64,000 nt of DNA from assembly GCA_052168235.1 (NCBI GenBank), contig JBQLZK010000023.1, forward strand, positions 27,739-91,738. Reading direction: 5' to 3'. A program made the translations under genes and the position numbers. Below the pieces are notes generated by a model that was not told the origin of the DNA, ran no database searches, and saw only the letters and a program-made list of their open reading frames with translations. This document shows, piece by piece, positions 48,598 through 58,752 of this stretch (its first letter is position 1; each line of letters begins with the position of its first letter). The DNA comes from Thainema sp. Its GTDB lineage: Bacteria; Cyanobacteriota; Cyanobacteriia; Phormidesmidales; Phormidesmidaceae.

Positions 48598-49749
48598 CTA
48601 ATTTGCCTTGTCGCCAAGCTTGACGGCTTGCTGGATGGCTTTTTCGAAGCTAAAGACAACGTCAATTCCCGCCGTTGCTAGTTGCTCTGCGGCCTCAGCT
48701 TGTTGACTGCCCGTAAGCCGCAAAATGAAGTGAGGCGATGAGGTAGATTGCTGCTTCATGTAGTCCAAAATGATGTCGGCTACGGTCGTGCAGTCCGGGA
48801 TGTAGCACAGAAGGTTAATCAGAACGACTTCGGGAGAGCCCGTTTTGATCACCTGTTCCAAACCTTCGCGAACGCGATCGCAAAATCCCTCCGCATTCCA
48901 ATCGTGGCTAAACTCATGGCCCAAATTCAGGCAGTTGGCGGGTTGGCCACCTGCTTGATAGATGCCGTCTAGTGTCGCCATTGCCACTCCCGCACCATTA
49001 CAGAGCACGCCGATCGTACCCTGTTCAAACGAGACGAGATGAACAGCACGCAGTTGATCTTCTACGGGTTTGCTGCCTGTTTGATGCACAATCTGGCTAG
49101 TCAGCTCAATGAGATCGGGATGACGGCGGAGAGCATAATCATTAACGCTGATTTTGCCGTCTAGCGCCATAATCTCCCCAGTGGCACTGACCGCTAGCGG
49201 GTTGATTTCAATTGCGTCTAAATCCTTGTCTAGGAATAAGCCATACATTTTTTCCAGAATGGCGCTGATTGACAGAATCAGTTCGCCCTTGAGTCCCATC
49301 TTGACAGCCAATCGGCGAGCATAAAAGGGTGAAAATTCTTGATTCACCACGACTCGCTGCATCGTATCGATGGCTTTATCCACGCCGATGCCGCCCTGCT
49401 GGGTGCCGAGCAGGACTGGACGACGCAGTGACCGATCCAGAAATACGGCCAAGTAAAACTCCTGCTCAGCATCGTACTTCGCTTCTGCTAGCAAAATTTC
49501 GGGGTATTCGCCCAGAATGGGCAGGTTGAAAATGGCCTGAGCGGCTGCGATCGCATCAATTGTATTTTCAACAAAGCGAATTCCGCCGGCCCGACCCCGA
49601 CCACCGCGCCGCACCTGAGACTTCAGTACTACTGGATATGGAATACGCAACCCCTTAATCTCCGCCGGCTGGCGAATCCGCTGTGCAGGCAACACCGGGA
49701 TGCCCTGCTCTGCAAATAAATTTTTGGCTTGATATTCCAGTAAATCCAT
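48598..49749 (-). CDS. sucC: Succinyl-CoA ligase beta subunit
   Basis: MDLLEYQAK, KSQV..GGRGRAGG, EINPL, ALDGK and NGAG.AMATLD. Confidence 0.9.
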   Translation of the reverse strand: MDLLEYQAKNLFAEQGIPVLPAQRIRQPAEIKGLRIPYPVVLKSQVRRGGRGRAGGIRFVENTIDAIAAAQAIFNLPILGEYPEILLAEAKYDAEQEFYLAVFLDRSLRRPVLLGTQQGGIGVDKAIDTMQRVVVNQEFSPFYARRLAVKMGLKGELILSISAILEKMYGLFLDKDLDAIEINPLAVSATGEIMALDGKISVNDYALRRHPDLIELTSQIVHQTGSKPVEDQLRAVHLVSFEQGTIGVLCNGAGVAMATLDGIYQAGGQPANCLNLGHEFSHDWNAEGFCDRVREGLEQVIKTGSPEVVLINLLCYIPDCTTVADIILDYMKQQSTSSPHFILRLTGSQQAEAAEQLATAGIDVVFSFEKAIQQAVKLGDKAN

Positions 49750-49928
49750 GTTTCAACAATTAAATGGCGTTGGTTCGGCTCTCGTAGTGCTCGTAATCTT
49801 GGCTTTGCTGGACTTGTACCGAATCCGCTCCTAAACACTAATCTTAAGGTTTCACAAAAGGCTGGTGCCGCAACCTGTTTGCAAAAACTAATCTTCGGGT
49901 TTCATCACCAGGTTCTATTTGATCCCGA

Positions 49929-50040
49929 CTGATACCGAATCCGACTCAAAAGAACCCGAATTGCTTTTATCTTTGTGAACGTTAGAGATAGCCTAACGTT
50001 CACAAAGATAAAAACTGGTTTCTTGAGTGGATTCGTATGA
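49929..50040. mobile_element. MITE-like palindromic element
   Basis: Imperfect terminal inverted repeats tgataccgaatcc / ggattcgtatga. Internal hairpin ttttatctttgtgaacgttag...ctaacgttcacaaagataaaa. Confidence 0.6.
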
Positions 50041-50229
50041 TTTGCATCGGCAAGATTTCTCAGTCTTGCAGTTCTGGGTTAAGTTTGCACTAAGACGACA
50101 ATGTGCGCAGTGATCCCAATCTTAAAAGACAGGTGCCCCCCAACTTAGCATTCGCTGATACAACAACCTGCGTTATTCTGAAGCTTAATTCTCCTGCTGT
50201 CACCGTTCTGCTGGGATATTTATCGCGGC

Positions 50230-50871
50230 ATGGATATCTATTTTTATCTCCACGGCTTTGCATCCAGCCCTCAATCTCAGAAGGCACAGTTTCTCAAGGC
50301 TTGCTTTCAGCAGCATCAAATTGAGCTGCAGATTCCCGACTTGAATCAGCCGAGCTTTCTTGACCTGACGCTAACGCGGCAAATTGAACAGGCTAAACAG
50401 ATACTTGCTCCGCTAGCAGACCAAGCTGTAACGCTAATTGGCTCAAGCTTTGGTGGTTTGACGGCGGCTTGGGTGGCGGAACAGTGCCCCCAAGTGCAGC
50501 GACTCATTTTGTTAGCTCCAGCATTCGATTTTTTATCTCATTGGACACCCAAATTGGGGTCGCAACAAATGCGGCAGTGGCGTCAAGCTGGGCAGATAGA
50601 GGTTTATCATCACGGTTTTCAAACGACTCAGCCATTGCGCTACGATTTCATCAAAGACGCTATACAGTACGACGAGGAGGATTTACAGCGATCGCTACCG
50701 ACGCTGCTCCTGCATGGTCGTCAAGATGACGTAATTCCTATCCAATCCAGTCGCGATCATGCAGCGGCGCGATCTTGGATCCAACTGATTGAACTGGAGG
50801 GCGATCACGGTCTGGTTTGCGATCGCACTGCCATTTGGGATGCCATACAAGCCTTCTGCCAATTATGCTAA
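50230..50871 (+). CDS. YqiA/YcfP alpha/beta hydrolase (esterase)
   Basis: YLHGFASSP, GSSFGG nucleophile, HG..D and DH. Confidence 0.9.
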   Translation: MDIYFYLHGFASSPQSQKAQFLKACFQQHQIELQIPDLNQPSFLDLTLTRQIEQAKQILAPLADQAVTLIGSSFGGLTAAWVAEQCPQVQRLILLAPAFDFLSHWTPKLGSQQMRQWRQAGQIEVYHHGFQTTQPLRYDFIKDAIQYDEEDLQRSLPTLLLHGRQDDVIPIQSSRDHAAARSWIQLIELEGDHGLVCDRTAIWDAIQAFCQLC

Positions 50872-50894
50872 GCGGGTCGCGCTACAGCACCACA

Positions 50895-51362
50895 CTACAC
50901 CTTGGCCTTTAGATTCAGCTTATTCGGCGGACGACGCGCCATGCGGATTGTGCGGGGCAATACACCAACCAATAGAGCAAAGGCATCGTCTGTAACCTGC
51001 TCAATGGTCGAGTAGCCAAAGTAATTTTCGAACTGAATGAGCAACATTTGCGCTCGTTTCAAAGCCGTTGACTCATCGGTAAACTGCTGCGTCAGCTTAA
51101 TCCACTGGCGGCGAATTAAAAATGCTTCTTGCCGCTCCTGGTGGGACTGGGGCTTCAACATCGAAATATCACCTACGGGTACAACCTGCTGGCAGTCTTG
51201 GTCAAAGGGCCCACCAACCGCTGCGCCTGGGCCAGCAAATTCAGCATAAAACGGCTTAATGATAATTAGACCATTTCGCCGCCGCCGATCGACCATCAGC
51301 AGTTCTCCCTGCTTCAGTTGCTGAAGAATTTCGGTTGGAGTGTCAATAGGCATGGGATTCAA
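50895..51362 (-). CDS. Conserved cyanobacterial hypothetical protein, possibly a degenerate Crp-like fold
   Basis: AEFAGPGAAVG. The C-terminal A.LVGV.P.TI resembles a Crp HTH. Confidence 0.6.
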   Translation of the reverse strand: MNPMPIDTPTEILQQLKQGELLMVDRRRRNGLIIIKPFYAEFAGPGAAVGGPFDQDCQQVVPVGDISMLKPQSHQERQEAFLIRRQWIKLTQQFTDESTALKRAQMLLIQFENYFGYSTIEQVTDDAFALLVGVLPRTIRMARRPPNKLNLKAKV

Positions 51363-51389
51363 TGCAACTAATGGATGATCACTCTAGCG

Positions 51390-52052
51390 CTAAGACAACA
51401 GTTTTTTCTGTAGCAACAGCCGCTCTGGCTGACCCCATAACCAGGAACCCAATCCAGAATCGACTGCGTGATGCCGATAGTCTAGCTTGCGATATAGACT
51501 TCTGGCTTTCACATTGGTTTCTAATACATGCAGATAAATAAACTGAAAGCGCCAAGTACGAGCCATCTGCTCACACTGCTGCAACAGAGCCTGGGCAACA
51601 CCCTGACGTCGATATCCCGCTCGCACCGCCAGGTTTGAAATGTAGAGACTATCAGATGGTTGGATCTGCCAAGGATAGGTTTGCTTCAAAGCGATTTCAA
51701 CGGTGCCTAAAATTAGGCCCGATGAGGAGGAGGGGGCAACAGCGGTATTGCTCACAGGCGTATCATTCAAAGCATGAGCAGCATGAGTGGCGACTAAACA
51801 GGCATAGTACGGCTTCTGCGATCTCAGTCGTCCCCGCAAATCTTCACGAATGCCAAAATACAGTAGCGGATATAGCCACCGAGTCATGCCATCAAATGGG
51901 GTATAGAAGCTAGAAATGAGCAAATCGGTGAGTGCATCAACATCCTGCCGTCGAGCCTGCTGGATGTGATACGGCATTTCATTAGGAGGCAAATTAGGAT
52001 GCGAAATTTCTGAAGTAGACTCTGCCAAATTAATCGCTAGCTCACGAAACAT
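51390..52052 (-). CDS. GNAT family N-acetyltransferase
   Basis: YISNLAV...YRRQGVAQALL and LHV...N..A..LY. Confidence 0.9.
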   Translation of the reverse strand: MFRELAINLAESTSEISHPNLPPNEMPYHIQQARRQDVDALTDLLISSFYTPFDGMTRWLYPLLYFGIREDLRGRLRSQKPYYACLVATHAAHALNDTPVSNTAVAPSSSSGLILGTVEIALKQTYPWQIQPSDSLYISNLAVRAGYRRQGVAQALLQQCEQMARTWRFQFIYLHVLETNVKARSLYRKLDYRHHAVDSGLGSWLWGQPERLLLQKKLLS

Positions 52053-52529
52053 TCGTTGATTACGCTAATTACCCTTGCTGAAAGTAAAACGTTTTGTAAC
52101 AATCGAGCTGAATAAGGACTGAATCAAGCTCAACTAACGGGAACCCAGTCAACAAATCTCAACAATCCTACTATAGCGTCATGACTCAGTCATGCTGTTA
52201 GCGGTTCGTCATCAGATAAATCAATCTTGTCGCGAGCAATTTGTCAGATGATCGCTCAATCGTCGCTAAATCTGTTCCTGGAATACAATCTAGAGCTTTG
52301 GCTTTTTTAACATACCAAGTATTTTGTATTTGTAATACTTATATTTTTAGCCAGTCGATGTAATTTGCTAAACGCTGAAAAGTCTTCTGTTGCAAGGCTC
52401 ACAGGATTTCTTTGTAAAATCAAAGCGTGAATTCACTTAAATTAACATCCGAAATTTAGGATAGGAAATTTTGAATTGCGTATATGTGTGGACGCCGAAA
52501 TGGATGAGATAAGCGATTATAGTAATACA

Positions 52530-52664
52530 TCTGGAGAACGCACTCAGAGGCGCACAGCATTAAGGGGGCAATTTAATCGCTGTTGTGCTTCTGGCTAGGA
52601 AAGCGTCCTTACAGTGAGACTGCCTGATCCTGGGGGCTTTTAGGGATCAGGCTATTTTCTTTTT
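52530..52664 (+). ncRNA. Candidate structured sRNA
   Basis: TATAGT -10 at 52518-52523, a long G:U-containing stem, and terminator gcctgatcc/ggatcaggc + U-rich tail. No ORF. Confidence 0.4.
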
Positions 52665-52715
52665 AAACCTATCTCTACGGCTTCCCCGATGATGCAGTGG
52701 GTGACGAGGATGAGC

Positions 52716-52844
52716 TATAGCGCTGTCACATTGGTTTGAACATTGGGAAGTTCTGAAAACGCTCAAGCGCTCGAACGTTCAAACGGTTGAGTGCTTAAAT
52801 GTCGATCACTGATGTGTCTCAACTAAAATAGGCGATCGCTATAG
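52716..52844. mobile_element. MITE-like element with CTATAGCG terminal inverted repeats
   Basis: ctatagcg...cgctatag. The ends resemble family B. Confidence 0.55.
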
Positions 52845-52880
52845 CTGTAACTGAACTATCTTCGCTTAAGCGCTAAAACC

Positions 52881-53216
52881 CTAAGGCTCAGTGGGCAGGG
52901 GCGAATGGGTGAGGCGACTTTTCGCTTCGTCAACGGCAAACACTTTAACCTGCATGTCTTCCACACCAGGTAACTGCTTGAGACTCGTAAAGATTGGGCC
53001 ATCCAAATAGGCTTGGGCACTAGTAGCATCTTCGAAAATGTAGATACCGCCTAGCTCCGATGTTTCAGCGTTATAAATCCAGGTTTTCCAGCATAGACCC
53101 GCCACATGTGCGATCGCATGTGCCCGCTCCATTGCCGCCTGCTGAGCCGCTGGGTTAGACGCAGTGGGATGGCGAAAGTTGACTTGTAGCAACGTGAATT
53201 TAGTGGAGTGGGTCAT
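52881..53216 (-). CDS. YdhR-like monooxygenase family protein
   Basis: LLQVNF, GL.WK.W, GGIYIFED..SA.AYL and S..T..P. Confidence 0.8.
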   Translation of the reverse strand: MTHSTKFTLLQVNFRHPTASNPAAQQAAMERAHAIAHVAGLCWKTWIYNAETSELGGIYIFEDATSAQAYLDGPIFTSLKQLPGVEDMQVKVFAVDEAKSRLTHSPLPTEP

Positions 53217-53243
53217 GATGAGTGATAACGATGGACGGTGGGA

Positions 53244-53753
53244 TTAAGGTTGAATCTCGAACTCTAGGTGATGTGTCGTCACCAAATTGCAAGTTTGATG
53301 ATCCACGATGTTTGTGTTGCTAAGTTCTAGGTTGTAAAAATCAACCGTATCGGCCTCAAAATAAGGGCCAGCGTGCCAGGTGCCAACTTCCAGCTTGATG
53401 AAGCAGTTCCCAGGTATCCGGAATGCCCGAAGTTGCTCTAGATCCGGCTGGGCCATTTCTCCCGATGGTGGGGCGACCGCAATATACCAGGTTTGTCCAG
53501 CTAGCGATCCAAGACACTGGGTACAGCGCTGATGGCGGGTAATCGTATGGAATCTCAGTCCCCGCTGATGCAGCCGCATGATGTAAAAGCGGGGTATACC
53601 CTGACTCAGTTCAAGCTGGGCATCTTCCTCCCCATAAGTTGTGCCGTCTTCAGAAGGGAAAATGACCTGACCAAACGGTTGGAAATTGCTGGCTGTAATT
53701 TCTTGGGCTGCAAGCTGACGGGTGACGTGCGATCGCGAAGCAGAATCAACCAT
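53244..53753 (-). CDS. Ureidoglycolate lyase family protein
   Basis: IT..NFQPFG, TRH..CTQ and GTWHAGP. ATG at 53753 is the probable start. Confidence 0.8.
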   Translation of the reverse strand: MVDSASRSHVTRQLAAQEITASNFQPFGQVIFPSEDGTTYGEEDAQLELSQGIPRFYIMRLHQRGLRFHTITRHQRCTQCLGSLAGQTWYIAVAPPSGEMAQPDLEQLRAFRIPGNCFIKLEVGTWHAGPYFEADTVDFYNLELSNTNIVDHQTCNLVTTHHLEFEIQP

Positions 53754-53841
53754 GATTATGCAAAGCCTTGGTTCAAAACAAGCTGAGTATTGTCTGCACG
53801 GCACTGTGCAGCACTAATTGGCTAACGTTCAGCGACGATCC

Positions 53842-54981
53842 CTACATCGGCATCGTCGGATAAGCAAATGAACTACGGGAACGGCGCTTTTCTCGTTCTT
53901 GTAACCGCGATCGCCAACTGCGGATCTGAGCTGCTGCCCGTTGGGTCGGGGTATGATAACCATTCGCGACACCGCGTCCTCCACCTCCCATTGACGGAAC
54001 CTCGTCAGCATAGGTTTGGCTAGCAGCCACACGATTAGCTAGTGTCGGATGGGGTAACGTATGCATACACTGAGAAAGCTGATCTAGATGAGATTCTAAA
54101 TCTAGGGCACGCAGAATTTCATCGACTCGCTGATAGCGCTCAGATAGAGATACCTTCATCATCTTGTCGAGAATAGCCGCAAAGTGAGGCGTCACGCTAG
54201 CGAGTGAATGCCAGTCGATTTCGCCAGTTTCTGCGTCGTATTCAAACTCTAGCGGCGTTTTGCCCGTAAGCAGATAGAGACAGGTAACACCCAACGCGTA
54301 AATGTCACTGGCAAATGTTGGTCGCAGTGCCACCTGCTCTGGGGGCGCAAAGCCAACCGTGCCGATGAATTGAGTCGAAGCTGCTTTAGACAGTTCCATT
54401 TCAGCCGTATTTAGCTGATCTTTCACAGCCCCAAAATCGATCAGCACCAGCCGCCCATCATCCCGACAGCGAATGATATTGGGTGGCTTAATATCGCGAT
54501 GAATCACGCCTCGGTTGTGGATGTATTGCAAAACGGGTAGAAGTTCACGCAGAAACTGCTTGACGGCTGTTTCTGAAAACAGGCCAGAGCGACGAACTTC
54601 ACGAGTGAGAGTTGTGCCGCGAACGTAGTCTTGAACCAGATAGAACTCATCGTCAATGGTGAAATAATCGAGCAGCAGCGGAATTTGAGAATGATTTCCC
54701 ACCTGACTGAGGGTCTTCGCTTCCTGCCAAAATCGCCGTTTGGCTCGCTCAAGTGCGATCGGAGTACTGACTTTTGGACAAAGCTGCTTAACAACGCAAA
54801 GGGGTGCAGAGGGGAGCGTTGCATCTCGAGCTAAAAACGTGACGCCAAATCCACCGCGACCTAATATTCGTAAAATTTGATAACGATTATGAAGCAGAGT
54901 TGCAGAACCACACAAATGCGCTAGCTTGGAGTCTTTCAAAGCCTGGTGCATATTTGGCAGAGATGGGGTGGAGCTATCCAT
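53842..54981 (-). CDS. Ser/Thr protein kinase
   Basis: GRGGFG, VVK, HRDIKPPN, DFG, GT.GFAPPEQ and SDIYALG. Confidence 0.95.
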   Translation of the reverse strand: MDSSTPSLPNMHQALKDSKLAHLCGSATLLHNRYQILRILGRGGFGVTFLARDATLPSAPLCVVKQLCPKVSTPIALERAKRRFWQEAKTLSQVGNHSQIPLLLDYFTIDDEFYLVQDYVRGTTLTREVRRSGLFSETAVKQFLRELLPVLQYIHNRGVIHRDIKPPNIIRCRDDGRLVLIDFGAVKDQLNTAEMELSKAASTQFIGTVGFAPPEQVALRPTFASDIYALGVTCLYLLTGKTPLEFEYDAETGEIDWHSLASVTPHFAAILDKMMKVSLSERYQRVDEILRALDLESHLDQLSQCMHTLPHPTLANRVAASQTYADEVPSMGGGGRGVANGYHTPTQRAAAQIRSWRSRLQEREKRRSRSSFAYPTMPM

Positions 54982-55417
54982 AGGGGTGGAAGGGCGACAA
55001 GTTAGTCTTTGCTTTATACAAACTTTACTACATCCTTATATGAAACTGGCTGCGTGAAACTGCCGGATCATCCAGACTTCAGGCAGTAGCTTCACATTTT
55101 GTGAACCTATTCCCAACTTAGACGAAGTGCTGCATTCAATCTGTTGCCTGCTTGGCTTAAGGATTACAGTTATTATGCATAGTGACTCGAATCGCTGTAC
55201 TGATACGGATCACAAGTACGGACACAGGGACTATCACAAAACCTGTCATGACCGTCATTCATACTGAACAGATATTGAATCGACCAGTGAATCAGCCAGC
55301 GGTAAAGTGGCAATTGGCGAGGTTGAATGGCTTATTCTGCCGGCTTTTCACGAGTTTCTCACTAAATCGGGAGGCATATTAGAGTCCTGCTTCTTCCCCT
55401 ACCTCTCGTTACCCTAC

Positions 55418-56392
55418 TTATTGATTGTAGAAAACATCGTCATAATTATCATCATCCTGAAAGTCAGGCATAACAGTTGTGGCCGATGGATCGGTGATTC
55501 TGCGATCGCGATTAATGCCAATGCGAACACATCCTGGCCCATAGCGTTGCCGAATAACAGCTTCGATCCGCTCTGCAATGTTACGGACAACTGACATAAA
55601 GTCAGGATGAACATCAACATGCAGCTCTACGTAGATGTGTCGACCGACCACCCCCTGCGATTTTAAACAGCGGCAGCGGGTAATGCCTTCATACTGGCTG
55701 ACTAACTGATTAATCACATCGGGTGCGATCGCAGTTTGCTGAACAAACAGCGGTATCTGCTGGCTCAAAACCTGCCAAAAGCTCTGTATTGCCGTAAGTA
55801 GCAAAATAATCGTTAGCGGTGGGTCAATCCAGTTCCATCCAGCGGCGACAGCGGCCAAACCTGCCACGCTGGCAAACATCAACCAGGCATCGGATAGAAC
55901 ATGATTGGCATTCAGCCGCAGCGCTTCACTGTGCAAAACTCTAGCCTCATGGCGCTCAAATAGCGCGAGGCAGATAGTCACAACCGCAACAACTAGAACT
56001 AGCTGAACCAGCGGCCAAGACGCATCCACTGACCATAACTGTTGGGACGCTTGAGCAGAGTTTAGCAGAACCAAGATTCGCTGGATTGCCCCAATCAGCA
56101 AGCTAATGCCGACATAGCCAAGAATCGCGACCAATAGCAGCGTACCGAAGACCTCAGCACGACTGTAGCCCAGTACAACCCGCCCTGATGTGCGTTGAGG
56201 AAACGTAACAGCAATCAGGCTGAGAATGATGCTAAATATATCAATAGTTGTATGCAGCGCATCTGCGAGCAGCACAAACGAGCGAGCCGACCAGCCTGCC
56301 CAGAGCTTGATCATGACCATTAAGATGGTGATCCAGAGAGCAGCCAGTAAGACAAAATAGCTGGCTCGATATTGACCCTGTACCTCATTCAT
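55418..56392 (-). CDS. Cation diffusion facilitator (CDF) transporter
   Basis: LADALHT..D, H.LSD, DP and a C-terminal cytosolic ZT dimer-like domain. Confidence 0.88.
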   Translation of the reverse strand: MNEVQGQYRASYFVLLAALWITILMVMIKLWAGWSARSFVLLADALHTTIDIFSIILSLIAVTFPQRTSGRVVLGYSRAEVFGTLLLVAILGYVGISLLIGAIQRILVLLNSAQASQQLWSVDASWPLVQLVLVVAVVTICLALFERHEARVLHSEALRLNANHVLSDAWLMFASVAGLAAVAAGWNWIDPPLTIILLLTAIQSFWQVLSQQIPLFVQQTAIAPDVINQLVSQYEGITRCRCLKSQGVVGRHIYVELHVDVHPDFMSVVRNIAERIEAVIRQRYGPGCVRIGINRDRRITDPSATTVMPDFQDDDNYDDVFYNQ

Positions 56393-56669
56393 AGCCCAAA
56401 GGCTACCATGTGAGGAGTATCTGACCTGAGGGGATTGACCCCTCTTTTAGGTTCTATTGCTGATTTTCTTTGAGAAAACTAAATTTATTGAACTGATGAT
56501 TGCTAATCACTGGAGTGTCGGCCAGGTAGTCGCTCAATCTTTAGACCGTTCCGGCAATGTGCAGGTATTACAGCGACTAAGAAGATGTAGCTGATTGATT
56601 GCGTTAGCCGTATGAACGCTATCTGGGCTGTTTGCTTAAGGTTTCAATAGAGTTGCAAGAAATTTAAAT

Positions 56670-56736
56670 GCAGAAAGGGCACCGACGACTGGCCGTGTTT
56701 CGTCTCGGTGCCCTCACTGGTTCGCTCCTCACACAC
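56670..56736 (-). ncRNA. yfr2: Yfr2-family sRNA
   Basis: Reverse strand 5'-GTGTGTGAGGAGCGAAC..., then hairpin agggcaccga...GAAACACGG...tcggtgccct. An AT-rich -10 lies immediately upstream. Confidence 0.7.
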
Positions 56737-57167
56737 AACAATAATATATGCCATCTTTTTGCGTTTGTCACCCCCTATTACAAAAAATGTTGGTTGGCGT
56801 GTGTCAGGGAATCGGCTGATCGAATGATTTGCTGGGTGGATAAAGTTCTTAGCATTTGTTCATAGAGAGAAATATGCAGAACGCACAGAGATAATCATTC
56901 ATGATCCGACCCGATCGCAAACAGCAAATCCAGAATCATATTAATTTGACGGCCAATATCAAGATGGGGTACGAGAATGATACTAAGTTCGTGACGCCTA
57001 GCTCAGCGAGCTGGCAGTCTTTGGCATCGTCTTCAGCCTCATCTCCACCGACAAAGCAGCGGGTAATGGAGCATGTTAAACGCACGATGGGTTAAGTTGC
57101 TCTATCGTTTTTCAGTCTGCGCGATCGCATCCAGTACAATCGGGTGCGATCGCGCTCATAGGTTTAT

Positions 57168-58370
57168 GTGATGAAATGGCTTGTTGCCTTAACAATTTCC
57201 GGTTTGATGGCTGGTGGGCTAGCTACAGCGGTGCAGGCCGCTAATCCTGACCACGTCCGCCAGTTTTTACGCACCAATGCCTGTGAAGGCTGTGATTTAA
57301 GCGGTGTTGATTTTTCGGGATTCGATTTCACGGGGGCTAATTTGAGTGAGGCGAATCTCAGTGGTGCCCGCTTTGTCCGGACTGATTTAACGCGTGCCAA
57401 TTTTAGCGGGGCTGACTTGAGTCAGGTGGTCTTGACGGGAGCCAATTTGCGGGGGGCGATTTTAGCCGGAGCCGATTTAACCGATGCATACAGTTTAGAT
57501 ATCTGCTCAACGCCGGGATTTGCTCAGGTCAATTCCAGTGATCCAACCAGTTGCCTAACGTTTACACTGCTGTCCGTTTTAGGCACTGATTTATGCGATC
57601 CGTCCTACGAGTTAGAGGATTTGCTAGGGGAAGATCAGTTCGCTGCTTTTTGCGAGTCAGAAACAGAGCAGTATGAGTTTCAGCGAGCGCTGATTGATCA
57701 ATTTGCTTTTTTCGAGCCGCTTAATCTGCAGGCCGCAGATTTGACGAATGCCAATTTAACCAATGCGTCTTTGCCAGGGGCTGATCTGCGATATGCCACA
57801 TTCATGGGAACGCAAATGACGGGGGTGGATTTAACCAATGCGTTTCTGATCGATGCTGAACTGGAAGACTCGGCGGTAGACTCGCTGCAGACCGCACTTG
57901 TAACGAAGGCTCATGTGCGATCGCGCATGCAGGGAATTCTGCAACAGCAGCAGGAAGCTGCTCGCCAAGCTGAAGGGAAGCAGTATCTGGGTACAGTGAA
58001 TCGGGCGCAGCAGGCGTACTATCTGGAAAATAACGAATTTGCTGATAGCCTAGAGGCGCTGATGGTTGGCATTCCGGGTGAAACCGAAAATTACCGATTT
58101 TCTGTCGTACCGCAATCGGATGCAGCCAGAAGTGTAGTTGCGATCGCGCAGGCCAAAATCGAAGGACTGAACAGCTATTCAGGAGCCGTCTTTTTGGTTG
58201 ATTTACCTAGCTCTACTGGTTCAGGTGGGCCGGAACAAACTACCGTCGCGGTTTTATGTGAGACAGAAGAACCGTCCATGACTCCACCTGGCCCGCCGGA
58301 GCTTGATGCCGCTGGTGACAATTTTGCAACTGCAATTGCCTGTCCCGCTGGTTCTCGTCAAGTTCAATAA
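57168..58370 (+). CDS. Exported pentapeptide repeat protein fused to a type IV pilin-like G/H domain
   Basis: Signal (AVQA), AN..HV.Q.L.TN.C..CDL, pentapeptide repeats, then EGKQYLGTVNRAQQAYYLE...ETENY...SYSGAV...LCE...CP. Confidence 0.8.
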   Translation: MMKWLVALTISGLMAGGLATAVQAANPDHVRQFLRTNACEGCDLSGVDFSGFDFTGANLSEANLSGARFVRTDLTRANFSGADLSQVVLTGANLRGAILAGADLTDAYSLDICSTPGFAQVNSSDPTSCLTFTLLSVLGTDLCDPSYELEDLLGEDQFAAFCESETEQYEFQRALIDQFAFFEPLNLQAADLTNANLTNASLPGADLRYATFMGTQMTGVDLTNAFLIDAELEDSAVDSLQTALVTKAHVRSRMQGILQQQQEAARQAEGKQYLGTVNRAQQAYYLENNEFADSLEALMVGIPGETENYRFSVVPQSDAARSVVAIAQAKIEGLNSYSGAVFLVDLPSSTGSGGPEQTTVAVLCETEEPSMTPPGPPELDAAGDNFATAIACPAGSRQVQ

Positions 58371-58550
58371 AGGGCGGGGCTTAATCTGAAGCCGGAATGA
58401 TGTGGAGCAGCACTATATCATTCCGGCTAAAAATCCAGCACTATCCAATTAACGCTTGATTATGCAAAGCCCCACGCCACTCTGGCGCGGGGCTTTACTA
58501 TCGATCTTTCTCGTTTAGCAATGAGTTCACCATTGTAGCCATAGTCATAT

Positions 58551-58617
58551 TGGTTAGAACCTTTTGTGGCGCGGCTTTGCCGCACTACAAAAACGTCCGT
58601 GTCCTAACAGAGCTGAC
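58551..58617. repeat. Palindromic dispersed repeat family A, copy 2 (inverted)
   Basis: Reverse complement aligns to 9316-9384. Confidence 0.85.
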
Positions 58618-58752
58618 TCCAGCATGTGATCGGAATTATGTGATCGGAAATCCGCTGATCGACCCCAATTTCTTTTCTGTGCGAGTCAAGACATCGCCTG
58701 ACTTTCACAGAAGACAGTGCGGGTTCTTTCTTGGCGGATCGGGTGTGAACTA

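Noticed and set aside
47416..49749. sucCD as pseudogenes because of their divergence
   Set aside because: Both frames are intact, and the phospho-His and ATP-grasp motifs are retained.
56668..57095. Short ORFs 56668-56865 and 56901-57095
   Set aside because: They have no recognisable motifs, and the first overlaps the Yfr2-like RNA on the opposite strand.
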